Source of the DNA: Sphaerochaetaceae bacterium
GTDB taxonomy: Bacteria > Spirochaetota > Spirochaetia > Sphaerochaetales > Sphaerochaetaceae
Direction: 5' to 3'
DNA length: 64,000 bases
NCBI GenBank assembly: GCA_045598675.1
Contig: JAZLMO010000074.1
Span: 1,819-65,818 of the forward strand
Position numbers and translations under genes: made by a program. Within the stretch, counting starts at the first letter, position 1, and every line of letters begins with the position of its first letter. Positions 55,593-64,000 of the stretch are shown piece after piece. The notes beneath the pieces are model-generated. The model made no database searches and was not told where the DNA came from. It saw only the letters and a list, made by a program, of their open reading frames with translations.

Positions 55593-56412
55593 GAAGATTC
55601 TGACAATTCAGGATATTTCATGTGTAGGACAGTGTTCACTTACAGTGGCTTTGCCTATTCTTTCTGCCTGCGGTTTTGAAACAGCCATTCTGCCTTCTGC
55701 AGTTCTTTCAACACACACGGCCGGTTTCAGCGGGTTTACATTCAGGGATCTTACTGAAGATTTTCCTGCAATCGAGAAGCATTGGAAAAAAGAAAAAATC
55801 AATTTTGATGCAATTTATACAGGTTACCTGGGAAGTATTAAACAGATAGACTATGTTAAGAGTATTTTCAAGTCCGTTGCAAAAAGAAAGGCAGTTAAAG
55901 TTGTTGATCCCGCTATGGCTGACAACGGCAAACTTTATTCAATTTTCAATGATGATTATGTAAAGGCAATGAAGGGACTTTGCAAAATTGCGGACATTGT
56001 TGTGCCTAACATTACGGAAGCATGTTTTCTCACAGGAACTGAATATAAGGAAGAGTACGATGAAGATTATGTTCTCAATCTCCTTAAAAAAACAGCAAAG
56101 ATAAGCGGGGCGACTGTTGTTCTTACAGGAGTCGGTTTCAGGGAAGGTAAAACAGGTGTTGCTGTTTTCAAAGATGGAAAGTACAGCTACTATGAGCACA
56201 GGAAAATATCAAAGGGATGCCACGGAACAGGAGATGTTTATGCTTCTGTATTTGTCGGTGCTCTGATGAACGGTAAAACAGAACTTGAGAGTGCAAAAAT
56301 TGCTGCAGATTTTGTTGTGCTTTGCATTAAAAACACTCAAGATGACCCAAGCCATTGGTATGGAGTAAAATTTGAGCCGTTGCTCGGGAAACTAATTAAA
56401 GCGGTTAAATAA
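55582..56412 (+). CDS. pdxK: Pyridoxal/pyridoxine/pyridoxamine kinase (ribokinase superfamily)
   Basis: ILTIQDISCVGQCSLTVALPIL start typical of PdxK/PdxY, with GTGDVYAS near the C-terminus. Confidence 0.8.
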   Translation: MESKKILTIQDISCVGQCSLTVALPILSACGFETAILPSAVLSTHTAGFSGFTFRDLTEDFPAIEKHWKKEKINFDAIYTGYLGSIKQIDYVKSIFKSVAKRKAVKVVDPAMADNGKLYSIFNDDYVKAMKGLCKIADIVVPNITEACFLTGTEYKEEYDEDYVLNLLKKTAKISGATVVLTGVGFREGKTGVAVFKDGKYSYYEHRKISKGCHGTGDVYASVFVGALMNGKTELESAKIAADFVVLCIKNTQDDPSHWYGVKFEPLLGKLIKAVK

Positions 56413-56414
56413 TA

Positions 56415-57782
56415 ATGGACGAAAAAAAAGAGAATAAAATGGGGACGATGCCCGTAGGAAAACTGCTGGTGTCAATGTCCCTTCCTGCAATGTTTTCAAT
56501 GATGGTGCAGGCACTGTACAACATAGTTGACAGTATCTTTGTATCAAGATTTTCCGAAATGGCTCTTACTGCGGTTTCCATTGCATTTCCTATTCAGATG
56601 CTTATGGTTTCATTTGCAGTCGGAACTTCAATAGGTATTACATCCGTAGTATCCAGAAGACTGGGTGAGAAGAGAGAAGAGGATGCGTTTATGGCTGCCC
56701 AGACAGGTTATACGATTCTTCTCATCTGCAGTGCCGTTTTCTTCATTCTGGGTCTTACGGCGGTAAGACTGTTTTTCAGAATTTATACAGATGACCCTGT
56801 CTTGTTGAAAATGGGTACGGATTATCTGACAATCTGTACTGTCTGCGGCATCGGTTGTTTTATTCTTACATATACGGAAAAAGTTCTTCAGGGAACCGGC
56901 GATACAATCCATCCTATGATAATTCAGATTTCCGGTGCCGTATTCAATATCATATTTGACCCTATTTTGATTTTCGGATACTTCGGTCTTCCTGCAATGG
57001 GTGCAAAAGGTGCTGCAATTGCTACTGTTTTAGGGCAGCTTCTTTCCATGATGCTGGGTATTCACTTTGTGCATAAAAGCCCGTATGTATCCATTCATTT
57101 TTCCAAAATCAAATATGACAGACAGAGCGCAAAAGATATCCTTCAGGTTGGTGTTCCTTCTGTAATCATGCAGGGAATCGGAACTGTTATGACAAGTCTC
57201 ATGAATGCAATTCTCATTTCATTTGATATTTTGGCTACAACGGTTTTCGGGGTGTATTTCAAGCTTCAGAGTTTTGTATTCATGCCTGTTTTCGGAATGA
57301 ACCAGGGTCTTATGCCTATCTTGGGCTATAACTACGGTGCAAGGAACAGAAAACGTATGATGCAGGCTCTGAAACTGGGACTTGTTACAGCGTTTGTCAT
57401 AATGAGCCTTGGAACTGTGGTTTTCTGTACAATTCCTGACAAACTGCTGGGATTGTTCAATGCTTCAGATGCCATGCTTTCCATAGGAAAAACTGCTTTG
57501 AGACGAATCAGTTTGTCATTCCCTATTGCTTCCTACTGTATAATCATAGGTTCTCTGTTTCAGGCTATAGGTGACGGATACAAGTCTATGATAATCTCAA
57601 TTGTAAGACAGATTGTATTTTTAATTCCAAGTGCTTACATTTTCGGAAAGATTGCAGGTCTTGATGCCGTTTGGCTTTCCTTTATCTGTGCAGAAATAAT
57701 ATCGGCAAGCCTTACAACATTTTACTATCTCAGAACAAGGAAAAAACTGTCATTTGTTGGTTTTATTCCAGTCAATTCTTGA
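56415..57782 (+). CDS. MATE family efflux transporter
   Basis: MPVGKLLVSMSLPAMFSMMVQALYNIVDSIFVSR N-terminal signature in a 12-TM profile. Confidence 0.88.
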   Translation: MDEKKENKMGTMPVGKLLVSMSLPAMFSMMVQALYNIVDSIFVSRFSEMALTAVSIAFPIQMLMVSFAVGTSIGITSVVSRRLGEKREEDAFMAAQTGYTILLICSAVFFILGLTAVRLFFRIYTDDPVLLKMGTDYLTICTVCGIGCFILTYTEKVLQGTGDTIHPMIIQISGAVFNIIFDPILIFGYFGLPAMGAKGAAIATVLGQLLSMMLGIHFVHKSPYVSIHFSKIKYDRQSAKDILQVGVPSVIMQGIGTVMTSLMNAILISFDILATTVFGVYFKLQSFVFMPVFGMNQGLMPILGYNYGARNRKRMMQALKLGLVTAFVIMSLGTVVFCTIPDKLLGLFNASDAMLSIGKTALRRISLSFPIASYCIIIGSLFQAIGDGYKSMIISIVRQIVFLIPSAYIFGKIAGLDAVWLSFICAEIISASLTTFYYLRTRKKLSFVGFIPVNS

Positions 57783-58433
57783 AAGAGTCTTTAAAGAATT
57801 CAGAATGTGGGGGTCATTGTAGAAAGAACCGCTCTGTTTGATGTGTTCTTTCATGACTTTTTCTGCAATATCTCCGTTTCTTGTTGCTATTGCATCAAGG
57901 ACACGCCTGTGTTCCTCAATTGAACCCTGAGATCTTCCCGGAATTGACAAAACTGCTAAATTGAATCTGGAAGTGATTCTGTAAAGTCTGCTCAGGATAT
58001 CAATCAAAAAGTCATTTTCAGATATTTTGAAAATATATCTGTGAAATTCTCCGCTTATCTTATAATACTCCTGTCCGTTTTTAAGATTGATTGCATTTTC
58101 CATTGAGTCGATGATTTTTGTCATTTCTTCAATATCTTTATCTGTACAGTTTTCTGCTGCAAGTCTTGCTGCAAGGCCTTCATTAACTTCTCTTATTCTG
58201 TAAAGTCCCTGAATATCATCTATGGATAATTGTCTGACCATTGCACCTTTATTGGGAATATGCTTTGCAAGACCTTCTGAAACCAATCTTTCAATGGCAA
58301 GTCTGACAGGAGTTCTGCTTACCCCGAAATCTGCGGCAAGATCGCTTTCTACAAGTCTGTATCCGGAAGAATAAACTCCGTTGATAATCTTCTCTGAAAT
58401 AATTGAATAAATATCTTTTGTATCTGTTTTCAT
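57750..58433 (-). CDS. GntR family transcriptional regulator (FadR/FCD subfamily)
   Basis: wHTH (LVESDLAADFGVSRTPVRLAIERLVSEGL) plus an all-helical FCD-type C-terminal domain. ATG at 58433. Divergent from the aminotransferase operon. Confidence 0.85.
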   Translation of the reverse strand: MKTDTKDIYSIISEKIINGVYSSGYRLVESDLAADFGVSRTPVRLAIERLVSEGLAKHIPNKGAMVRQLSIDDIQGLYRIREVNEGLAARLAAENCTDKDIEEMTKIIDSMENAINLKNGQEYYKISGEFHRYIFKISENDFLIDILSRLYRITSRFNLAVLSIPGRSQGSIEEHRRVLDAIATRNGDIAEKVMKEHIKQSGSFYNDPHILNSLKTLSRIDWNKTNK

Positions 58434-58468
58434 ATAATTCCCCGATTTTCTACCTAAGATTATTATAC

Positions 58469-58487
58469 AAAATTGTACAACAATTTT
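58469..58487. promoter_or_regulatory. Perfect palindrome AAAATTGT-ACA-ACAATTTT, candidate GntR operator
   Basis: 8-bp arms (58469-58476 / 58480-58487) read directly, containing a GT..AC core typical of GntR boxes, 36 bp upstream of the gntR start. Confidence 0.4.
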
Positions 58488-58565
58488 CAAGAACAATATA
58501 TTAGTACAATTATATACATTTACAAGAATTAACGTGATGGTTAAGTGTTTATTGTATAAAACAGT

Positions 58566-58585
58566 ATCAATATTAAAATATTGAT
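58566..58585. promoter_or_regulatory. Perfect palindrome ATCAATATT-AA-AATATTGAT abutting a TTGACA -35-like hexamer
   Basis: 9-bp arms (58566-58574 / 58577-58585). TTGACA lies at 58585-58590, about 55 bp upstream of the aminotransferase start. Confidence 0.35.
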
Positions 58586-58645
58586 TGACAACAGGATTGT
58601 ATGCAATTTAATGTTAAATTGAAATACATTTTCAGGAAGTGAAAA

Positions 58646-59824
58646 ATGACAAATATAATGACAGAAAGAATTGAAAAACTATTTACTCCGGGTCCGGTTA
58701 ATATTCCGGCAAGAATATATGCTGCGGCAACTCTTGGCAGTTTTCATCATAGAACCCCTGCATTCAGAGAGGTTTTGACAGATTCATTGGTTAAACTCAA
58801 AGTCCTTTTCGGTACAGAACAGAGCATTCTTCCTGTACATACAACCGGACGTGGAGCCATGGAAGGAATTTACAACAATATTTTTGTTCCGGGAAAGGAT
58901 CGTATTGTATGTGTTGTAAACGGTAAGTTCGGTGAAATGGCTGCATCAACCATGAAAAGAATCGGATTGGATGTCTGCGAAGTCTTTGCAGGTTGGGAAA
59001 CCGCGGTTGAAATTCCGGAACTTGAAAAAGCCATTGTTTCTTTCAATGCAACAGGTCTTGTTTCTGTTTTTAACGATACCTCCAACGGAGTGGTGAATCC
59101 TATAGAAAAGATGGGAGAACTTGCCGTTAAATACAATCTTCTCTTTGCAGTAGATAATGTAAGTGCATTGGGATGTATGCCGTTTGAAATGGATAAGTGG
59201 CATGTTGATGCTGTTTCAACAGCATCTCAGAAAGGTCTTATGTCTCCTGTAGGACTCAGTTTTGTAGGTGTAAGTGAAAGAGCCATGAAGGCTGCGGAAG
59301 AAAATCCCAAAAGAGATTTCTATGTTGATTTCGTAGACATAAAGAAAAATCTTGATAAGAAAAACGAAACTCCGGGTTCAACACCGGTAAGTATCGTTCT
59401 TTCTGTACATGAAGCACTGAATATGATTAATGAAGAAGGTGTTGAAAATGTCTTTAAAAGACACCATGCACTTTCTCTCGGAACAAAGGCTGCTCTGACA
59501 GCACTCGGATTCAGTCTCTATCCTTTTGAATGTGAAAACCGATCGGATTCTCTTTCTGTAGCACGTGTTCCTGAAGGTCTTTCTGCAAAGAAAATTGTTT
59601 CTGCAATATGTTCTGAATTCTATCTCAGACTTGGTGCAGGATTGGGCGATACAGCAGACGAAGTCATAAGAATTGCCCACATGGGATATTGCTTCCCTGA
59701 AGATTATCTGCAGTGTTTTGCCGCTTTGGAAACAGTTCTTGAGGACATGGGACTGCAAGGTATAGCAGGAAAGGGTACAAGTGCATTCATCAAAGCTTAC
59801 AGACGGGTAATGAAACAGGAATGA
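58646..59824 (+). CDS. Class V (serine-pyruvate/alanine-glyoxylate type) aminotransferase
   Basis: FTPGPVNIP start, a PLP-lysine context (STASQKGLMSP), ~390 aa. Confidence 0.8.
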   Translation: MTNIMTERIEKLFTPGPVNIPARIYAAATLGSFHHRTPAFREVLTDSLVKLKVLFGTEQSILPVHTTGRGAMEGIYNNIFVPGKDRIVCVVNGKFGEMAASTMKRIGLDVCEVFAGWETAVEIPELEKAIVSFNATGLVSVFNDTSNGVVNPIEKMGELAVKYNLLFAVDNVSALGCMPFEMDKWHVDAVSTASQKGLMSPVGLSFVGVSERAMKAAEENPKRDFYVDFVDIKKNLDKKNETPGSTPVSIVLSVHEALNMINEEGVENVFKRHHALSLGTKAALTALGFSLYPFECENRSDSLSVARVPEGLSAKKIVSAICSEFYLRLGAGLGDTADEVIRIAHMGYCFPEDYLQCFAALETVLEDMGLQGIAGKGTSAFIKAYRRVMKQE

Positions 59825-59827
59825 TAT

Positions 59828-61084
59828 ATGGGAAAAACCATAGTTGAGAAAGTATTCAGTAAAAAATCTCATTCAGATGTTCATGCCGGTGATGTTATTA
59901 CTGCAGAAGTAGATACAATCATGATGAATGATGCATCAGGGCCGCTTGCCATTGATTTCTTTGAGAAAATGGGAGTGTGTAAGGTTGCACATCCGGAAAG
60001 AGTAGTTGCCATTATTGATCATTATGTACCGTGTCCGAACAGCAAAGTTGCTCAGCTGCAACAGATGTTGTTTTCTTTCAAAGATAAATATGGAATAAAA
60101 CTGATTCCGTCTGGTGGTGGCATAGCACATCAGGTTCTTGATGAACTGAAATGCGTTGCACCGGGAAAACTGATTGTAGGATGTGATTCACACTCAACAA
60201 CTCACGGATATTTGGGAAGTGTCGGAATCGGTATAGGGGCATCTGATCTTGCCTGCAGTCTTATATCCGGGGAATTATGGTTCAAAGTTCCGGAAACAAT
60301 ACTTGTAAAACTGACAGGAAGTCTTAATAAAGGAATCTGCGGAAAAGACGTTGCTCTTTATCTACTGAAAAAAATCGGGGGAGACGGAGCAAACTATAAG
60401 TGTTTGGAATTTACCGGTTCCGGGCTGGCTTCTCTTTCAATGGATGACAGAAGGACAATTTGTAATCTTGCTGCTGAAAGTTGTGCAAAATGTGCAATTA
60501 TGAGCATTGACGATAAGGCAAAACAGTATATGGATTGCCGTGGAATTGATTATTCAGATTTTTCAGTTTCCGATTCAGATGCCATATATGCAAAAGAGAT
60601 TGAAATTGATTTGAGCAAAGTCCCATGTATGCTTTCTCTGCCCAGTACTGCAGACAATGCTGTACCTCTTGCAGAAAAGAAGGGTCTCAGAATTGATATG
60701 GCAGTAATCGGAACATGTACCAACGGAAGGATAGGGGATTTTGAAGAAATAGACAGAATCCTTTCAAAAACTGAGAAAAAGTTTGCCGTTGAGACTTTGG
60801 TTATCCCTGCTTCTGCTGAAATCTATTCACAGATGATGGAACGCGGTTATGCCAAAAAACTTATAGATAGAGGTGCAATGATTCTTCCCCCGGGATGCGG
60901 ACCTTGTTGTGGAAGCAGTCCTGGAACCCCACGGGATGGATTCAATGTCATTTCAACAGCGAACAGAAATTTCATAGGAAGAATGGGAAATGTAAATTCG
61001 TATATTTATTTGGCATCTCCGTCTTCGGTTGCATGCAGTGCACTGTTGGGAGTGATTTCAACAGAGGAGGATCTTGATGTTTGA
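59828..61084 (+). CDS. Aconitase-family hydro-lyase large subunit (LeuC/HacA-like, archaeal-type 418 aa)
   Basis: Fe-S ligand contexts GCDSHS, IGTCTNGR and PGCGPCCG. Its size and organisation are like the small-type isopropylmalate/homoaconitate dehydratase large subunit. Confidence 0.8.
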   Translation: MGKTIVEKVFSKKSHSDVHAGDVITAEVDTIMMNDASGPLAIDFFEKMGVCKVAHPERVVAIIDHYVPCPNSKVAQLQQMLFSFKDKYGIKLIPSGGGIAHQVLDELKCVAPGKLIVGCDSHSTTHGYLGSVGIGIGASDLACSLISGELWFKVPETILVKLTGSLNKGICGKDVALYLLKKIGGDGANYKCLEFTGSGLASLSMDDRRTICNLAAESCAKCAIMSIDDKAKQYMDCRGIDYSDFSVSDSDAIYAKEIEIDLSKVPCMLSLPSTADNAVPLAEKKGLRIDMAVIGTCTNGRIGDFEEIDRILSKTEKKFAVETLVIPASAEIYSQMMERGYAKKLIDRGAMILPPGCGPCCGSSPGTPRDGFNVISTANRNFIGRMGNVNSYIYLASPSSVACSALLGVISTEEDLDV

Positions 61085-61604
61085 ATATTCGGGTAAGGCA
61101 TACTGTTTTGGTGACAATATAAACACAGACTACATCATATCTTCCAGAAGGAAGAAAGACACAATCAATCCTCAAGAACTTGTAAAGTACATTATGGAAG
61201 ATATCAGACCTGGTTTTTCAAAAGAATTTTCGGGAAAGAATATTCTTGTCGCCGGTGAAAATTTCGGATGCGGAAGTGCAATGGAAGTTGCTGCTCAGGT
61301 AGTGAAAAGTGCCGGATTTGATGTAGTTCTGGCTAAATCTTTTGCAAGAAGTTTTTACCGTAATGCAATCAACAACGGAATCATTCCGGTGGAAATCGAC
61401 ACTTCAGATATAAAAGAAAATGACAATCTGAGAGTGGAAATGAATGACACAACAATTACTGTTTCCGATTTGAATGAAAACAGAACTTATACAGGTCCTG
61501 CATTCAACGGAAAAGTCAAAGACATTCTCCTGAGCGGAGGTATTGTCAATTACATAAAAAATAATTTCAGCCGAGATTCACACAAGGAGGATTTGCATGG
61601 CTAA
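61074..61604 (+). CDS. Aconitase-family hydro-lyase small (swivel) subunit, LeuD/HacB-like with divergent substrate motifs
   Basis: GDNINTDYII and GENFGCGSAMEVA blocks. The canonical GSSRE is GSAME here, and the specificity loop reads ISSRRKKDT. Overlaps the large-subunit stop by 11 nt. Confidence 0.75.
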   Translation: MMFEYSGKAYCFGDNINTDYIISSRRKKDTINPQELVKYIMEDIRPGFSKEFSGKNILVAGENFGCGSAMEVAAQVVKSAGFDVVLAKSFARSFYRNAINNGIIPVEIDTSDIKENDNLRVEMNDTTITVSDLNENRTYTGPAFNGKVKDILLSGGIVNYIKNNFSRDSHKEDLHG

Positions 61605-63504
61605 AGAAAAGAAACCTGACAGAACAAGTTTCAGAAACAATTTATCCGGTTTTGAACTTACTCTTGTCACAGTTGTAGGAATTGCCTGGATGGTATTTCA
61701 GATTCTGTGTGCTTCGCAGATTATTCTGCTTACACCACACAAGTTGAGAATTGCCCACCTTGGTTTTTCATTGATTATGGTGTTTATGCTTACACCTGCA
61801 TTCAAGAAATCCAAACGGGATAAGATAGGTTTTGTCAATTATGTACTTGTTCTTGCGGTGGCAGTTGTATTTGTTTGGTCTTACCTCAGATATGATGTAA
61901 TCATTCAGATGGCAGGAAGATGTAAACCTGTTGATGTCTACCTTGCCTTGGCAACTTTAATTCTTGTTTATGAAGGTTCCCGCAGAGTTTCAAGCAGGGG
62001 TCTTGTATTCCTTTCTCTGATTGTATTTGCATACATTTGGCTTGGTCCGTATATCAACGGTGCTTTAAGAACAAACAAGTTCTCTCTTACAAGAGCCATG
62101 AACCATGTTGTTATCGGCGGTGAAGGTGTATACGGTTTTGCACTTGGTGTATCTGCTGAGACAATTATCATATTTGTTATTTTCGGTGCTCTGTTGCAGG
62201 AAGTAGGAATTGCTGACTATTTCTATGATCTTTCAAATACACTTGCAGGAAACAGCGCAGGTGGTCCTGCAAAGGTTTCTGTTATCTCAAGTTCTCTCAT
62301 GGGAACAATAAGCGGTGAAACTTCTGCAAATGTAGCAACAACAGGAGCTTTTACAATTCCTCTGATGAAAAAGGTAGGTTATGACAATAACTTTGCCGGA
62401 GCTGTTGAATGTGCAGCTTCTGCAGGCGGTCAGATACTTCCTCCTGTTATGGGTGCAACGGCATTCATGCTGGCAGATACTTTAGGTATTCCTTATATCA
62501 AACTTGCAATTGCTGCAATTCTTCCTGCTCTTCTTTATTATGTAAGTGTTTACTTTACCGTTCACTTCAGAGCAATCAGAAACAACCTCAGAGGTAGCGG
62601 TGTTGCTAAAGTTGCATGGTTGAATCTTTTGAAGAGATCATATCTGCTTCTTCCTCTTGTAGGAATTGTAATATTCCTGGTTCTTGGGTTTACTCCTACA
62701 TTTGCAGCGTTCTGGGGCGGTATTGTCTGTGCAATTATCATATCCTTCTTCAAGAAAGAAACCAGACTCTCATTTGAAAAAATCAAGAGACTTCTTTTCA
62801 GTGCTGCAAAAACAGGTATGAGTATCGGTGTTGCAACTGCAGTTGTCGGTGTTATTGTTGGAACATTCTCTCTTACCGGAATTACAATGACCTTATCAAG
62901 AATGATCTTCAACCTTACAGGTGGAATCAAGTTCCTTACACTTCTTCTTACTGCCGTTGTAGCAATCATTCTGGGAATGGGTCTTCCTACATCAGCAGCC
63001 TATGTTCTTGCAAGTATTTCAGCAGCTCCTGCTCTTACAATGCTTGGAATGGATTTGCTCCCTGCTCATCTGTTTGTATTCTACTACGGTTGTATGTCAA
63101 CAATTACTCCTCCTGTTGCAACAGGTGCATATACTGCTGCCGGTCTTTCCGGAGGAAATCCGAATAAAATAGGATTCGTATCGATGAAACTTGCAATTGC
63201 TGGATTTGTTGTTCCGTTTATCTTCGTCTATACTCCGGATTTACTGCTGTCAAATTCAGTTAACGGACTTGCTGCAATCTACTCGTTCTTAGTTACAGGT
63301 TTAGGTCTTGTATTTGTTGCAGCTGCATTTGAAGGTGCTTTCTTTGAGGAAGTCGGTACAGTAGTAAGAATTGCATTCGTAGTATTGGCAATAGTCCTGA
63401 TTTGGCCGAGTGTTTTGCTTTCAGCTGTCGGACTTGTTATAGGAATTCCGCTTGTTTCAGCACTTTACATAAAGTCTAAAAAAAATAAAAAAATAGCTGC
63501 TTAA
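61597..63504 (+). CDS. TRAP transporter fused permease (TAXI-type DctQ/DctM fusion)
   Basis: 635-aa highly hydrophobic protein with fused small and large TRAP membrane domains. It is followed by a TAXI-type binding protein gene. Confidence 0.85.
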   Translation: MAKEKKPDRTSFRNNLSGFELTLVTVVGIAWMVFQILCASQIILLTPHKLRIAHLGFSLIMVFMLTPAFKKSKRDKIGFVNYVLVLAVAVVFVWSYLRYDVIIQMAGRCKPVDVYLALATLILVYEGSRRVSSRGLVFLSLIVFAYIWLGPYINGALRTNKFSLTRAMNHVVIGGEGVYGFALGVSAETIIIFVIFGALLQEVGIADYFYDLSNTLAGNSAGGPAKVSVISSSLMGTISGETSANVATTGAFTIPLMKKVGYDNNFAGAVECAASAGGQILPPVMGATAFMLADTLGIPYIKLAIAAILPALLYYVSVYFTVHFRAIRNNLRGSGVAKVAWLNLLKRSYLLLPLVGIVIFLVLGFTPTFAAFWGGIVCAIIISFFKKETRLSFEKIKRLLFSAAKTGMSIGVATAVVGVIVGTFSLTGITMTLSRMIFNLTGGIKFLTLLLTAVVAIILGMGLPTSAAYVLASISAAPALTMLGMDLLPAHLFVFYYGCMSTITPPVATGAYTAAGLSGGNPNKIGFVSMKLAIAGFVVPFIFVYTPDLLLSNSVNGLAAIYSFLVTGLGLVFVAAAFEGAFFEEVGTVVRIAFVVLAIVLIWPSVLLSAVGLVIGIPLVSALYIKSKKNKKIAA

Positions 63505-63551
63505 CAGGGCAGTATTTAATTAAGAATAATCTTCAGAACGGAGGTATGTTT

Positions 63552-64000
63552 ATGAAGAAAGTATTGACAATCGTATTGGTTATCGCATTGGTTTGCGGAA
63601 CAGTATTTGCCAACGGTACAACAGAAAGTGCAGCATCTGCACCTCAGGTTTACAGCCTTGGTACTGCTTCTCTTGGCGGTAACTTCTTCACAATGGGTGC
63701 TGCAATGGCTGCAGCAGTTATGGATAAGAATCCTGGTCTTAATATTACAGCTCAGGCAACCGGCGGATCCGGATACAACGCAGGTGCTGTAAATGATGGA
63801 GAACTCAGCTTTGGTATGGCTCAGGCTTCAACAGTAGCTGAAGCATGGGAAGGCACAGGTGCTTTCAAGGATGCAAAGGCTGAAAACATCAGAACTCTTG
63901 TAAACTACAGCGCAACTCCTCTCCACGTTGTTGTTCGCAAGGCAAAACATGTTACAGATATCAAACAGCTCAAGGGTTGTAAACTTGAATGTCTGGTTGC
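63552..64000 (+). CDS. TAXI family TRAP transporter solute-binding protein, 3'-truncated by the window edge
   Basis: Not in the ORF track because no stop lies within the window. Own translation: MKKVLTIVLVIALVCGTVFANGTTESAASAPQVYSLGTASLGGNFFTMGAAMAAAV...ITAQATGGSGYNAGAVNDGELSFGMAQ, which is the TAXI signature. GGAGG lies 8 nt upstream. Confidence 0.8.
   Translation, partial: MKKVLTIVLVIALVCGTVFANGTTESAASAPQVYSLGTASLGGNFFTMGAAMAAAVMDKNPGLNITAQATGGSGYNAGAVNDGELSFGMAQASTVAEAWEGTGAFKDAKAENIRTLVNYSATPLHVVVRKAKHVTDIKQLKGCKLECLV

Noticed and set aside
59828-61604. Annotating the LeuC/LeuD-like pair as leuCD (leucine biosynthesis)
   Set aside because: No leuA/leuB is in the operon, the context is GntR + aminotransferase + TRAP uptake genes, and the small subunit lacks the GSSRE motif. 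Only a family-level call is made.
1-64000. Prophage, integrative element, R-M or toxin-antitoxin modules
   Set aside because: No integrase, recombinase, transposase, capsid/terminase, methyltransferase-endonuclease pair or small TA-like gene pair was recognised on either strand. Only the repeat-bracketed cassette at 15.1-18.2 kb shows mobile-element-like structure.

Overview
AT-rich chromosomal segment from a diderm bacterium (TolC-type outer-membrane factors present). The lineage cannot be assigned without a database search. Almost all genes are on the + strand. The right half is housekeeping: nagA, nadE, polA, yerC-like, efp-epmA, coaE-mnmE-mnmG-rsmG, ftsK, DEAD-box helicase, plsC, pdxK. 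The left and middle are accessory and unusually rich in exporters: four MATE pumps plus a MATE-like fusion protein, an MsbA-type ABC exporter, a TolC/MFP/FtsX/ABC tripartite pump and a TetR-linked TolC/MFP/RND pump. They also hold a surface-glycan modification cluster (FAD oxidoreductase, GtrA, GT-C). The 3' end carries a GntR-controlled aminotransferase / aconitase-family hydro-lyase / TAXI-TRAP locus. No rRNA, tRNA, CRISPR array, integrase or transposase gene was seen. The most unusual structure is at 15.1-18.2 kb. A markedly more AT-rich three-gene cassette (PH/GRAM-like protein, minimal voltage-gated K+ channel, RhuM-family protein) is bracketed by two inverted arrays of a phased 16-17 bp motif (TTTGTrGrwA..ATGTC, about 30-32 bp spacing, four or five copies per side). 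This resembles multi-site transposon ends, but no transposase is encoded. Other points worth a second look: a MATE-like membrane domain fused to an RsbW/SpoIIAB-like domain; an ABC ATPase with a GAF-like N-terminal extension; a LeuCD-like dehydratase with altered substrate motifs; an E2/CAT-fold acyltransferase with DERICDG in place of DHRxxDG; and a PolA lacking most of the 3'-5' exonuclease domain. All functional calls rest on motif recognition by eye, with no searches run.
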